Positions 20,988 to 30,108 of a stretch of DNA of 54,488 nucleotides are shown one piece after another (the first letter of the stretch is position 1; each line of letters begins with the position of its first letter). Where the stretch lies: positions 1 through 54,488 of the forward strand of contig JBDRFY010000080.1 in NCBI GenBank assembly GCA_043818275.1, given 5' to 3'. The DNA is from a bacterium. Lineage in GTDB: Bacteria; Babelota; Babeliae; Babelales; JAUWHS01. The notes beneath the pieces are model-generated. The model saw only the letters and a list, made by a program, of their open reading frames with translations. It was not told the DNA's origin and searched no databases. The position numbers were made by a program, and so were the translations under genes.

Positions 20988-22853
20988 ATGAAATTGATGC
21001 AAAATCAAAACAAAGAAAAAAATACTATCCTGGATATGGATATATCTCCCATTTTAAATCAAAGTCTGGTCGAAGACGATTTACAAGTCAGTGATAATCA
21101 AAAACAAGAACTTGAATCTTTATACGATGATTTTTCAAGCAAATTTAAAACTGGCGGTCTTGTAACAGGAAAAATTATTGACAAAGATAATAGTGGCGTA
21201 TGGGTCAATATTGGTTACAAATCCGATGGATTTATTCCTAATTTTGAATTTTCAACATATGAATACAAAAAAATTGAACCCGCCCAGGAAATAGAGGTCG
21301 TTTTAGATAGGCTTGAAGATGAAAATGGGTGGGTTGTTTTATCATACCAAAAAGCTAAATCTTTAAAAGCCTGGGATAACATTTCTGAACTTGCTGAAAA
21401 AGATGAACCTGTTCGCGGAATGGTTACAAATAAGGTCAAAGGTGGTTTAAGTGTAGACGTTGGAATTCCTGCATTTTTACCAGGTTCTCAGGTAGATACA
21501 CAAAGAGTTGCTGATTTTGATCAATACGTTGGTCAGGAAGTTATTTGTAAAATTCTTAAAATTAATAAAAAACGTGGCAATGTCATAATTTCCAGAAGAA
21601 AATACCTTGAAGAACAAAGAGCCGAAGACAGAAAACAGGCGCTTGATACAATTAAGGCAGATGAAGTTCTTCAGGGAACAGTTAAAAACATTACAAGCTA
21701 TGGTGTCTTTGTTGATGTTGGCGGAATCGATGGATTACTCCACATAACCGATATGTCATGGGGAAGAATTGCTCATCCAAGTGAAATGGTAAGAATTGGA
21801 GACACTATCACAGTTAAGGTTATCTCTTTTGATAAACAACATGAAAAAATTTCTCTTGGCATTAAACAATTAACACCAAATCCATGGGAAAAAGTTGAAG
21901 ACAAATATCCGGTTGGTTCAAAAGTTAAAGGCCGTGTATCAAGTATTACCGACTATGGTTTATTCGTAGAAGTTGAAAAAGGTATCGAAGGACTAGTTCA
22001 TATCTCTGAGGTTTCCTGGACCGAGAGAATTACTAATTTACATAAACACTTCAAAGTAAATGATGAAGTTGAAGTTGCTGTTGTCGCAATTGATAAAGAA
22101 AACAGAAGAATGTCTTTGAGTATCAAACAACTTGAAGAAGATCCCTGGGAAATGGTCGCAAAACAATTTAACGTCGGCGATAAAATCAACGGCAAAATTA
22201 CAAACATTACCGATTTCGGATTATTTGTACAACTTCTTGATGGAGTTGATGGTCTTGTTCATATTTCAGATCTTTCATGGACAGAACATGTAACACATCC
22301 ATCAGACAAATACAAAAAAGGTGACGTTGTTGAAGCTGTTATTTTGGCCCTTGATCCTGACAACAGAAAAGTATCTTTAGGAATCAAACAACTTGAAAAG
22401 GATCCTTGGGAAAATATCGAGCAAGACTATCCCGTTGGAACAATGGTTGAAGGAATCGTTTCCAAAATTACTAATTTTGGCGCTTTCATAAAACTTGCAA
22501 CAGGAATTGAAGGACTTGTTCACATATCTGAAATTTCAGATAAGAATGTTGAAAAGATCGAAGATGTTTTAACAGTTGGCCAAACTGTAAAATTTAAAGT
22601 AATTAAAGTAAGTAAAAAAGATCGTAAGCTCGGATTAAGTTTAAAAACACAATCTGAAAAAACAAAAGCTTCTCAATCAACTGAAAAACCAAACGAATCC
22701 AGCGCTAAAGAACAAAAAGATAGTGAAAAAATAAGACATGCAAAAGAAGAAACATCTATAAAAAAAGAAAAACAACCGGCAAAAGAAAACAATATTAAAA
22801 ATTCATTGCAGGAAGCTTTAGAGGCTCACTTCAAGAAACAAAATAAAGAATAA
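20988..22853 (+). CDS. rpsA: 30S ribosomal protein S1
   Basis: Six S1 repeats ('DGLLHITDMSW', 'EGLVHISE', 'SLGIKQL..PW'). Confidence 0.98.
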   Translation: MKLMQNQNKEKNTILDMDISPILNQSLVEDDLQVSDNQKQELESLYDDFSSKFKTGGLVTGKIIDKDNSGVWVNIGYKSDGFIPNFEFSTYEYKKIEPAQEIEVVLDRLEDENGWVVLSYQKAKSLKAWDNISELAEKDEPVRGMVTNKVKGGLSVDVGIPAFLPGSQVDTQRVADFDQYVGQEVICKILKINKKRGNVIISRRKYLEEQRAEDRKQALDTIKADEVLQGTVKNITSYGVFVDVGGIDGLLHITDMSWGRIAHPSEMVRIGDTITVKVISFDKQHEKISLGIKQLTPNPWEKVEDKYPVGSKVKGRVSSITDYGLFVEVEKGIEGLVHISEVSWTERITNLHKHFKVNDEVEVAVVAIDKENRRMSLSIKQLEEDPWEMVAKQFNVGDKINGKITNITDFGLFVQLLDGVDGLVHISDLSWTEHVTHPSDKYKKGDVVEAVILALDPDNRKVSLGIKQLEKDPWENIEQDYPVGTMVEGIVSKITNFGAFIKLATGIEGLVHISEISDKNVEKIEDVLTVGQTVKFKVIKVSKKDRKLGLSLKTQSEKTKASQSTEKPNESSAKEQKDSEKIRHAKEETSIKKEKQPAKENNIKNSLQEALEAHFKKQNKE

Positions 22854-22877
22854 TTCTTCTAACGTTAAAGTACGTAA

Positions 22878-22910
22878 AAAATGGGGAACGCTTAAAGCGT
22901 TCCCCATTTT
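22878..22910 (+). terminator. Intrinsic terminator after rpsA
   Basis: AAAATGGGGAACGCT-TAA-AGCGTTCCCCATTTT. Confidence 0.85.
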
Positions 22911-22934
22911 AATTAAAATAAATGAAAGGTAAAG

Positions 22935-23345
22935 ATGGAAAGAACTTTAGCAATTATAAAACCAGACGCCGTTAACGCGAAGGCTACCGGCAAAATCATA
23001 AATAGGATAGAACAAGAAGGTTTTAACATTATTGCAATGAAAAAATTACAATTAACAAAAGATAAAGCCGAAGGTTTTTATGCCGTTCACAAAGGAAAAC
23101 CTTTTTTAGCTGAATTAGTAGATTTCATGATTTCAGGTCCTGTTGTTGTCATGGTTCTTGAAAAAGAAAATGCTATTAAATCCTGGCGCGATTTAATGGG
23201 ACCAACTGATCCGGCAAAAGCAACAGATCCTAATTGTTTAAGAAAGTTATATGGAACAAATATCGGATTTAACGCAACTCATGGTTCTGATTCACCAGAA
23301 ACTGCTGCAACTGAAATTAAATTTTTCTTTCCTGAATTATTTTAA
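22935..23345 (+). CDS. ndk: Nucleoside diphosphate kinase
   Basis: MERTLAIIKPDAV, 'FMISGPVV', 'NATHGSDS'. Confidence 0.98.
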   Translation: MERTLAIIKPDAVNAKATGKIINRIEQEGFNIIAMKKLQLTKDKAEGFYAVHKGKPFLAELVDFMISGPVVVMVLEKENAIKSWRDLMGPTDPAKATDPNCLRKLYGTNIGFNATHGSDSPETAATEIKFFFPELF

Positions 23346-23380
23346 TTAAATAAGGGCCGCGATTCGCGGCCCTTATTTAA
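23346..23380. terminator. Bidirectional terminator
   Basis: TTAAATAAGGGCCGCGA-T-TCGCGGCCCTTATTTAA between ndk and a convergent gene. Confidence 0.85.
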
Positions 23381-23383
23381 TTC

Positions 23384-24043
23384 TTAAATTTCCTCATCCG
23401 GTTGTATCAAAAACAAATTTAACCATTTAAAAAATAATGAAATATATTTTTTCATTTGCTCGTGCTTTTTCTGCAATTGATCAAATTTGCTTGAAAATTC
23501 AATACTATTTAAAAACGGATAATCAATAAACTCTGTATCTATAGATTCAATAACAATAACCTCTTCGGATTGCTTTACTTTTTTACAAATTTTTTCATAT
23601 TTTTTCACAATATTATTTAAAGAATATGTAAAAAAAGAATTTAACGTATTTATTGTTTCATTAAAAAGAATTAATTGGTCTTCAGTTGTAATATTTAGAT
23701 TCTTTTCTCCTATTTCCCTTGAGTTGTTTATTATTGTTTCAATTTTGTTGTTCATATTCTTAATTTTAGATGAGACATTATTTTTTGAACTGGAATTCAT
23801 TTGACAAGAAGTAACCAATCGCAATAATTTATTTTTAAATTCCTGATAACTAAAAATCTCTTCATTATTACTAAAATTAAATTCTTTTCTATCTCCATCA
23901 TCTATTTTAATCCTGACAACTGCATTAACGGATTCTTCTTCACTGTGAGATTTTCCCTTCTTTCGAAATCTACTCATACCGCATGCATCATCAAAAATCA
24001 CAAAAAATATTAATGTAATTAAAAACGATCTTAAAAATTTCAT
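23384..24043 (-). CDS. Hypothetical exported helical protein, paralog array member 3
   Basis: Signal peptide, basic patch RFRKKGK, helical segments aligning with the 24068 protein. Confidence 0.75.
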   Translation of the reverse strand: MKFLRSFLITLIFFVIFDDACGMSRFRKKGKSHSEEESVNAVVRIKIDDGDRKEFNFSNNEEIFSYQEFKNKLLRLVTSCQMNSSSKNNVSSKIKNMNNKIETIINNSREIGEKNLNITTEDQLILFNETINTLNSFFTYSLNNIVKKYEKICKKVKQSEEVIVIESIDTEFIDYPFLNSIEFSSKFDQLQKKHEQMKKYISLFFKWLNLFLIQPDEEI

Positions 24044-24067
24044 CTCCCTTCCCCCATAAATGATTTA

Positions 24068-24709
24068 TTAATACTCAGGTGAAATCAAATCGACATAACC
24101 CTCAAGCCTTTCAAGCCTTCGCTCAATATATTCTTTCATTAATTCATTTTGAGTTAACAACAATTTATAATATGCTAAAAAAGCATTGTAATAATAGTCA
24201 CGAAGCAAGCTATCTTTTATCCCATTTTCAATTAATTTATATAAGTTTTGATAAATTATTTCTTTTTCTTTTAAAAAATTTTCAAATTCGATATTCAATT
24301 TTTCAACTATGCAATTAAATTGCGTTACATTATCGTTATTCAAATCCCTTTTAAATTCGCTTAAATTAATTTTTGAGGCTTTCATAAACAAAAAATGAAT
24401 CGCGACTACTTCTTCTTTTGCAAAGACAAAAACACTTTTCTGAAATCTTTGATCTGAACACCTTTCATTAATTTTTGTTAAAAAATTATTTCTGACTTCT
24501 TTTTCCAATAATCCTTCTTTAAAAACCAGGAAAATTCTACTTACATCCTCATCACTAGAAACAGAGGAAGGACAAAAACCACTATTACTTCCTGCTGAAG
24601 AAGAGCTGCCAGTTGTACTTTTCCTTTTTTTACCAAAAATACAACCGGCATCGTTAAAAACAAAAAAAGAAATGATTAAAAAACCAAATAAATATTTGAA
24701 TCTTTTCAT
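24068..24709 (-). CDS. Hypothetical exported helical protein, paralog array member 2
   Basis: Signal peptide, GKKRK patch, Ser-rich linker; shares RN.F...I..C.D..F...V..F...E with the 24728 protein. Confidence 0.75.
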   Translation of the reverse strand: MKRFKYLFGFLIISFFVFNDAGCIFGKKRKSTTGSSSSAGSNSGFCPSSVSSDEDVSRIFLVFKEGLLEKEVRNNFLTKINERCSDQRFQKSVFVFAKEEVVAIHFLFMKASKINLSEFKRDLNNDNVTQFNCIVEKLNIEFENFLKEKEIIYQNLYKLIENGIKDSLLRDYYYNAFLAYYKLLLTQNELMKEYIERRLERLEGYVDLISPEY

Positions 24710-24727
24710 AGCCTCATACCCAACTAA

Positions 24728-25378
24728 CTAAATTTTCATTAATTTTGATAAATGATTTTTATTATATACGATACATAACATGAAACCGAACAATTCGAAA
24801 AATTGATAAAAGTAATTCCAGATTGCAATCATGCTTACCTGTTTTTCTCTCAAAAGTTCATATTTGGTTAAAATTAGGGCATGCAATAAATCACTTTGCT
24901 CTTTAAAATATTGGATAACCAAATCATTCAACTCTTCATATCTAACTTTTTTTTCGTTGAAAAATATTTCAAATCCAGTATTTAATCCATTAACATATGC
25001 ATTTAATTCATTTAGCTTATTCAAATCTGTAACGGTATTAATTTTGCTATTAACAATTGGTATTTCGTTTGACAAATCCTCGAAAAAATTAATTTCTTGT
25101 TCATAAAAATTTCGTACATCTTCTTTAAAGTTTTCATCACAACAACATTGTTCAATACATTTAAAAAACTTATTTCTTTTTTGTAAAAAATTAAAATATT
25201 GTTCTTCCATAAAAACAAATTTTCGCTCAATATTGACTAAAACCAAACTATTTGGGGAGCCTTTTGTGTTTACTAATTTACTTTTAAAAAATCTTAAAAC
25301 ATCCAAAGGTCCCTTTGAAGATAAATTACAAAATAACAGTGAAAAAATTAGTAGAGACGAAATTTTTTTAAATCCCAT
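24728..25378 (-). CDS. Hypothetical exported helical protein, paralog array member 1
   Basis: GGAGG RBS, signal peptide, similarity to the 24068 protein. Confidence 0.75.
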   Translation of the reverse strand: MGFKKISSLLIFSLLFCNLSSKGPLDVLRFFKSKLVNTKGSPNSLVLVNIERKFVFMEEQYFNFLQKRNKFFKCIEQCCCDENFKEDVRNFYEQEINFFEDLSNEIPIVNSKINTVTDLNKLNELNAYVNGLNTGFEIFFNEKKVRYEELNDLVIQYFKEQSDLLHALILTKYELLREKQVSMIAIWNYFYQFFELFGFMLCIVYNKNHLSKLMKI

Positions 25379-25480
25379 CGCCCCGCCTCCCTTAATTTAA
25401 AAACATTCTTCTTTATTATTTTACAAAATTCTTATATCCAAACACCAGACAATGGTATTTTAAATTTCAAAGGAGAAAAA

Positions 25481-26326
25481 ATGGGTAAAAAAAGCCTAAA
25501 AATATTATTTTTTCTATCATTTTTAACGAACTTAAACATTTTAGGCGTCATAATTTTAGTTCACGGTTCTTTTGCTTCAAATTCGCAATGGTACAGCCCA
25601 CGGGGAAACTTTTTCCAGGAACTTGAAACTCAGGCAAAACAATTTGATCAAAAAGTAATTCCTTTCTCCTGGTCGGGGCAGCCAAATAATGTTGATATTA
25701 TTCATGGAGCTGAAAGTTTAGCCAAGGTTATTGAAAGTTATCCGGAAAATGAACAAATTATTTTAATTGGACACAGTCACGGTGGAAATGTAATAAATTA
25801 TGCAAGCACACTTTTGTACGATCCGTTTGAAGATATTATGCAAAATCAGACAACTGAACAAATTTACACAAACGTTTTCAGTTTATTAAATCAAATCGAA
25901 TTGCAATATGATTTAACAAAAACATTTTCCTCAATCAAAACAATTAAAAATAATTCAATCGAAGCAGTTTATCTTCTTGGAACCCCTGTTGATACAACTA
26001 GCTTTGCGCCAAACATGCGTGTAATTAAAAATTTATATAGTTTTTATTCCGATGGGGATAATATTCAGACCGTTTTAGGAGCTTATCAACAAAAATATTC
26101 TGGGATTGAACACGTAACAAATCTAAAAATAACAATGAAAAATGTAACTTTATTTTCAAATAACCCAGGACACGTACAAATGCATGACCCGGTTATCTCG
26201 AAATGGATTTTGCATATTCCTGATAATTTGAAAAAAAATAAAGTTGGTAATTTTGAAAATTTTGAACCGGAAAAAAATGCGACTATTTTTTTTGATGGTG
26301 ATAATTTTCCAGAATATAAAATTTAA
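25481..26326 (+). CDS. Exported alpha/beta hydrolase (lipase/esterase-like)
   Basis: 'ILVHG' oxyanion motif, GHSHGG nucleophile elbow, 'LGTP', AGGAG RBS. Confidence 0.85.
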   Translation: MGKKSLKILFFLSFLTNLNILGVIILVHGSFASNSQWYSPRGNFFQELETQAKQFDQKVIPFSWSGQPNNVDIIHGAESLAKVIESYPENEQIILIGHSHGGNVINYASTLLYDPFEDIMQNQTTEQIYTNVFSLLNQIELQYDLTKTFSSIKTIKNNSIEAVYLLGTPVDTTSFAPNMRVIKNLYSFYSDGDNIQTVLGAYQQKYSGIEHVTNLKITMKNVTLFSNNPGHVQMHDPVISKWILHIPDNLKKNKVGNFENFEPEKNATIFFDGDNFPEYKI

Positions 26327-26971
26327 TATTTTTTCATTACTTATCTTTTTACAATGCAATGACCCAAATATTTTTTTTCTTTCTTGGCTTTTTAAAAAGG
26401 GAGGGGTATTGTGCTGATACCCCTCCCTTTTTAAATCCCTCCCGCAGCTTTTAATACTTGTTCTATTTAAGTCAATTATTTAAGTTTGCACCGCGGCCCT
26501 TCTGACAAATGCATTGCCGGGTCTATAATTTCAAATTAAGTTTTCAATGAAAGCAGTTTTGAAATTATGTCCGGACAACACATTTAACCGGGCAACTTGA
26601 TTTTCAACAGTCAAATTATTTTTGAATGTATCTTAAGAATGTTTTTTTGTTTTGGATTTGCAATGCAGCGCAAAAATTTCTTCTAACTGTTGTATTCCTT
26701 AATGCACGAATTAATCCTTCGACAGGCTCAGGATGAACGAATATTTGAGCCTGCCCCGAGCTAGTCGAGGGGGCAAGGGATTATTGAGTGTCGCGAAAGA
26801 GGCTAAATACAATAAACTATGCTTTTATAAAATATTAAAAGCTGCTGGGGGGTTTCCAAAAGGGGGGAATATCAGCTTTCATATTCCCCCCTTTTGAATA
26901 GCCAAAAAATATTAAGGGAATTTGAGTTTAATCTTGTAAGAAAATAAGTAATGAAGAAAATTTATTAAATT
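26320..26971. mobile_element. MITE-like composite palindromic element with ~135-bp imperfect inverted arms
   Basis: 26320-26456 aligns with the reverse complement of 26833-26971 (TTCATTACTTAT, TTGGCT, G/C hairpin, GCAGCTTTTAATA); no transposase. Confidence 0.6.
26715..26772. repeat. Inverted pair of repeat family A copies (26715-26739 and degenerate 26749-26772)
   Basis: TCCTTCGACAGGCTCAGGATGAACG followed by GCCTGCCCCGAGCTAGTCGAGGGG. Confidence 0.8.
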
Positions 26972-27006
26972 AAAGAAAAAATTTATTAACGAATTCGCGT
27001 TAAAAT

Positions 27007-27807
27007 TTAACTCATCTCTGGCATTTTATTCGATTTAACCCAAGCGTCTAAATCAATAAAATATTTTAGCAACTCTTCAAGCTGAGATAAACGTATAGAA
27101 TTTGGACCATCACACAAAGCTTTCTCAGGTTCATCATGAACCTCCATAAAAATTCCTGCTATCCCTTGCACGATTGCTGCTGTTGCCAAATTTGGCACAA
27201 AACCCCTATCTCCTCCAGAAGAACAACCAAGACCCGAAGGACGTTGAACGGAGTGGGTAGCATCAAAGACTACTGGCTTGCCAAAACGTTTCATAATTGG
27301 AAAATTTCGATAGTCTACGACATAATTATTATAACCGAAGGTGTAACCTCTCTCGCATAACCAAATTTTTGAATTTCCGGTGGATTCTATTTTTTTAATT
27401 AAATGTTCCATTCCTTCAGCCGCAACAAACTGTCCTTTTTTTAAATTTATTTGTTTGCCGGTTTTACCCGCCGCAATTAATAAATCTGTTTGCCTGCATA
27501 AAAAAGCGGGTATTTGTAAAACGTCTGCAACCTGGGCAACTTCTTTTGCCTGAGATGGTTCATGAATATCTGTGACAACCGGAATTTCAAAAGTATTTCT
27601 CACTTTTTCAAGAATTTTTAAACCCTGCTCAAAACCAACTCCCCTGAAGTTTTGAATCGCGGACCTGTTTGCTTTGTCAAAAGAAGATTTGAATATAAAG
27701 TTGAACTTTAATTTTTCGGATAAAAATTTTAAAGCTTCGGCCATTTTTAAATTATGTGATTCACTTTCGATCACACATGGGCCAAGAATAAAAAAAAAGA
27801 GGATCAC
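27007..27807 (-). CDS. kdsA: 3-deoxy-8-phosphooctulonate (Kdo8P) synthase; start ambiguous (GTG 27807, or ATG 27847 plus a frameshift)
   Basis: 'GPCVIES', 'KSSFDKANRS', 'QIPAFLCRQTDL', 'DATHSVQRP', 'CDGPN'. Confidence 0.95.
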   Translation of the reverse strand: MILFFFILGPCVIESESHNLKMAEALKFLSEKLKFNFIFKSSFDKANRSAIQNFRGVGFEQGLKILEKVRNTFEIPVVTDIHEPSQAKEVAQVADVLQIPAFLCRQTDLLIAAGKTGKQINLKKGQFVAAEGMEHLIKKIESTGNSKIWLCERGYTFGYNNYVVDYRNFPIMKRFGKPVVFDATHSVQRPSGLGCSSGGDRGFVPNLATAAIVQGIAGIFMEVHDEPEKALCDGPNSIRLSQLEELLKYFIDLDAWVKSNKMPEMS

Positions 27808-27824
27808 TGTTTCCTGTGATCCCC
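27790..27824 (-). terminator. Intrinsic-terminator-like hairpin plus U9 overlapping the kdsA start
   Basis: Minus strand GGGGATCAC-AGGAAACA-GTGATCCTC-TTTTTTTTT. Confidence 0.55.
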
Positions 27825-27849
27825 GTTAAAAATTTAAATTTTTGCATAA

Positions 27850-28353
27850 TTACTCTGATTCCTCTTCACTTCCATCCCCAAGATTATATTTTTTACAAGC
27901 TTCATCCAGAATTCCATTAACAAAACGAAATGCATCTTTTTCTGCAAAAGCCTTGGTTAGTTCTATCGCCTCATTAATGACAATTGATGATATTGCATCC
28001 GGTTGCATTAATTCCCATAAAGCCATACGCAAAATCAGACGGGTACAAACTCCAAGCCGCTCAATTTTCCAGTTTTTAAGCAAAGGCTTAATTTTTTGAT
28101 CAAGTTCTTCACGCGAATCAATTACACCTTTTGCCATTTGAACAGCATATGAACCAGGTTCAATTTCAACTTCAAAACCAGATTGAAAATCCTGAATTAT
28201 TTCTTCAAGCGAAATTTGGTAATCAAAACGATCCATCGCATAAATTAAGTGAAAAGCAAGAGATCTGAAATCTCTTCTTGAAGTTGGTCTGGAAAAATTT
28301 TCCAGATTTTTATCTTCTTTTAAATCTGATTCTTCTGCAAAATTGTTTTTCAT
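27850..28353 (-). CDS. nusB: Transcription antitermination factor NusB
   Basis: 'NWKIERL', 'ILRMALWEL', 'INEAIELTKAF', 'FVNGILD'. Confidence 0.95.
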   Translation of the reverse strand: MKNNFAEESDLKEDKNLENFSRPTSRRDFRSLAFHLIYAMDRFDYQISLEEIIQDFQSGFEVEIEPGSYAVQMAKGVIDSREELDQKIKPLLKNWKIERLGVCTRLILRMALWELMQPDAISSIVINEAIELTKAFAEKDAFRFVNGILDEACKKYNLGDGSEEESE

Positions 28354-28384
28354 ATTATGTCAACGGCCCTACCCTAAAAGAAAT

Positions 28385-28942
28385 TTAAACTCTTTCTATG
28401 TATTTATCATCTCTGGTGTCGATTTTAATTTTGTCTCCTTCATTTAAAAAAAGAGGAACTTGTATTACTAAACCGGTTTCCAACGTTGCTGGTTTACTTC
28501 CACCTTGCGCGGTATCACCCTTAACACCCGGAATAGTTTGAGTAATTTCAAGCGCCATAAATAAAGGAGGCTCAATGATAATAGGATTTCCTTTAAAAAA
28601 CAAGACTGTATAAATTTCACTTTCCTTAAGATACTTTTTTACACTTTCAACGTGATGTTCATTAAAAGAAACCTGTTCATAATCATTCTGATCCATAAAA
28701 TGATAATGATCGTCCGCATATAAAAATTGCATTTGTTTTTGTTCAAGATCTGGTTCTTCAAACTTTTCACCCGAACGAAATGTTTCTTCAAAGATTCTGC
28801 CTGTAATTAAATTTTTAAGTTTGGTACGAACAAATGCGCCACCTTTTCCAGGTTTTACATGCTGAAATTCAACAACAAGCCAAGGTTCATTTTTCCATAA
28901 AATTTTGGTTGCCGCGCGTTTAAAATCAGAAGTTGAAATCAC
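28385..28942 (-). CDS. efp: Elongation factor P
   Basis: 'QHVKPGKGGAFVRTKLKNL', 'KPATLETG..IQVPLF', 'DTR'; GTG start. Confidence 0.98.
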   Translation of the reverse strand: MISTSDFKRAATKILWKNEPWLVVEFQHVKPGKGGAFVRTKLKNLITGRIFEETFRSGEKFEEPDLEQKQMQFLYADDHYHFMDQNDYEQVSFNEHHVESVKKYLKESEIYTVLFFKGNPIIIEPPLFMALEITQTIPGVKGDTAQGGSKPATLETGLVIQVPLFLNEGDKIKIDTRDDKYIERV

Positions 28943-29042
28943 TTTTTACCTCTTTAAATTTGAACAAACATATTCTAACAAGATTAAATGTAGCGCACAA
29001 TGGCTCAAAAGCCATTTATAGCGCAAAATTCTTCGAAGCCAA

Positions 29043-29072
29043 CCCTACTTCGCTAAAACTTCGAAGGGCTAC
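29043..29072 (-). repeat. Intergenic, diverged copy of the 30-nt hairpin element B
   Basis: Minus strand GTAGCCCTTCGAAGTTTTAGCGAAGTAGGG has the same stem/GAAG..TT.GCGAA/stem layout as 38988-39017. Confidence 0.55.
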
Positions 29073-29174
29073 ATCGCCATTCATCCCTCAAATAAAACTA
29101 TTTAGTGTATTTGGCGAAGTAGAATGAAGAGTTTTAAGCATAAAAAAAGTGTAAAAAAAAGCAATCGGTAGAAT

Positions 29175-29206
29175 AAAAAAAGGCGCAACTTTAAAAAGTT
29201 ACGCCT
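29175..29206 (-). terminator. Intrinsic terminator of the small-protein operon
   Basis: Minus strand AGGCGTAACTT-TTTA-AAGTTGCGCCT-TTTTTT. Confidence 0.8.
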
Positions 29207-29228
29207 CACTCAATAATGTGTGATAACC

Positions 29229-29726
29229 CTACTTCTCCTGCTCCTTTAACAAATCTTTTAATTCTTTTGATGTTCTTTCTAATTCATCAAGCTTCTTCTG
29301 TAAATCTTCCGGGACTTCTTCTGATTTTTTCTTCGCTTTCTTTAATTGTTTTTTATAATTTTTTATTTCTTTTTCCAGAGATTCAATTTGTTTTTTCAAT
29401 TCACGCTCTTTATCCTTATCTGATTTTTCTATAACAACAACATCCGGTTCAGTACCAACTTCAACTCCTAAGCCCCAAAAAAACGGCCACGAACCATAAT
29501 AAGAATCATAATATGGATAACCATAATATCCACAACGCGGCCTATGATATCTCCCATGACCATGATAATGACTTCCATGTGAAACAGGATGCCTTGATGG
29601 ACCTCGGCGCCCAGATACACCACGATGATGTCTCACGCCCCCACCACGTCCACCGCCACGCGCCAAAGCAGTATCAGTTAAAAATAAAGATAAAAAAAAC
29701 AAACTAAATAATATTTTTTTTAACAT
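29229..29726 (-). CDS. Small exported Gly/Arg/His/Tyr-rich protein with C-terminal coiled coil
   Basis: MLKKILFS.. signal peptide (ALA|RGGG). ATG at 29726 preferred over TTG 29741 by analogy with neighbours. Confidence 0.75.
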   Translation of the reverse strand: MLKKILFSLFFLSLFLTDTALARGGGRGGGVRHHRGVSGRRGPSRHPVSHGSHYHGHGRYHRPRCGYYGYPYYDSYYGSWPFFWGLGVEVGTEPDVVVIEKSDKDKERELKKQIESLEKEIKNYKKQLKKAKKKSEEVPEDLQKKLDELERTSKELKDLLKEQEK

Positions 29727-29743
29727 TTTTTTATCTTTCAATA

Positions 29744-30076
29744 TTATCCCAAATAACTTCTGTCAATATCAGATTCTCTGTCTTCCTCTTCTATTGATTC
29801 TTCTAATAAATCTTTACGAGTTTCTTCTTTTCTACCTTTTCCACGTTTTGTCCCTTTTGCCCTTCTTTCTTTTTTCTCACCACTTTTCATCCGTTTCTCG
29901 CCTTTTTTCTTATCACGCCGACCTTTTTTCATCTTCTTTTTAGACTGCTTCTCTTCTTTTTTTTGTTCTCCACTTTCTTGATTCTTTAGTTTTTCACCTT
30001 CTTGCCAACCCCAAAAGGCTTTACATGGCAAAATCAGAGAAACTAAAAAGAATGAAAAAAATATTTTTTTAAGCAT
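29744..30076 (-). CDS. Small exported Lys/Arg-rich protein with acidic tail
   Basis: MLKKIFFS.. signal peptide, GAAGGGA RBS. Confidence 0.7.
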   Translation of the reverse strand: MLKKIFFSFFLVSLILPCKAFWGWQEGEKLKNQESGEQKKEEKQSKKKMKKGRRDKKKGEKRMKSGEKKERRAKGTKRGKGRKEETRKDLLEESIEEEDRESDIDRSYLG

Positions 30077-30108
30077 AAAAATTCCCTTCTATAAAAATTT
30101 GGTTTTTT

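Noticed and set aside
28933..29127. 64-aa plus-strand ORF upstream of efp
   Set aside because: TTG start overlapping the efp start; it mostly translates the hairpin/repeat cluster.
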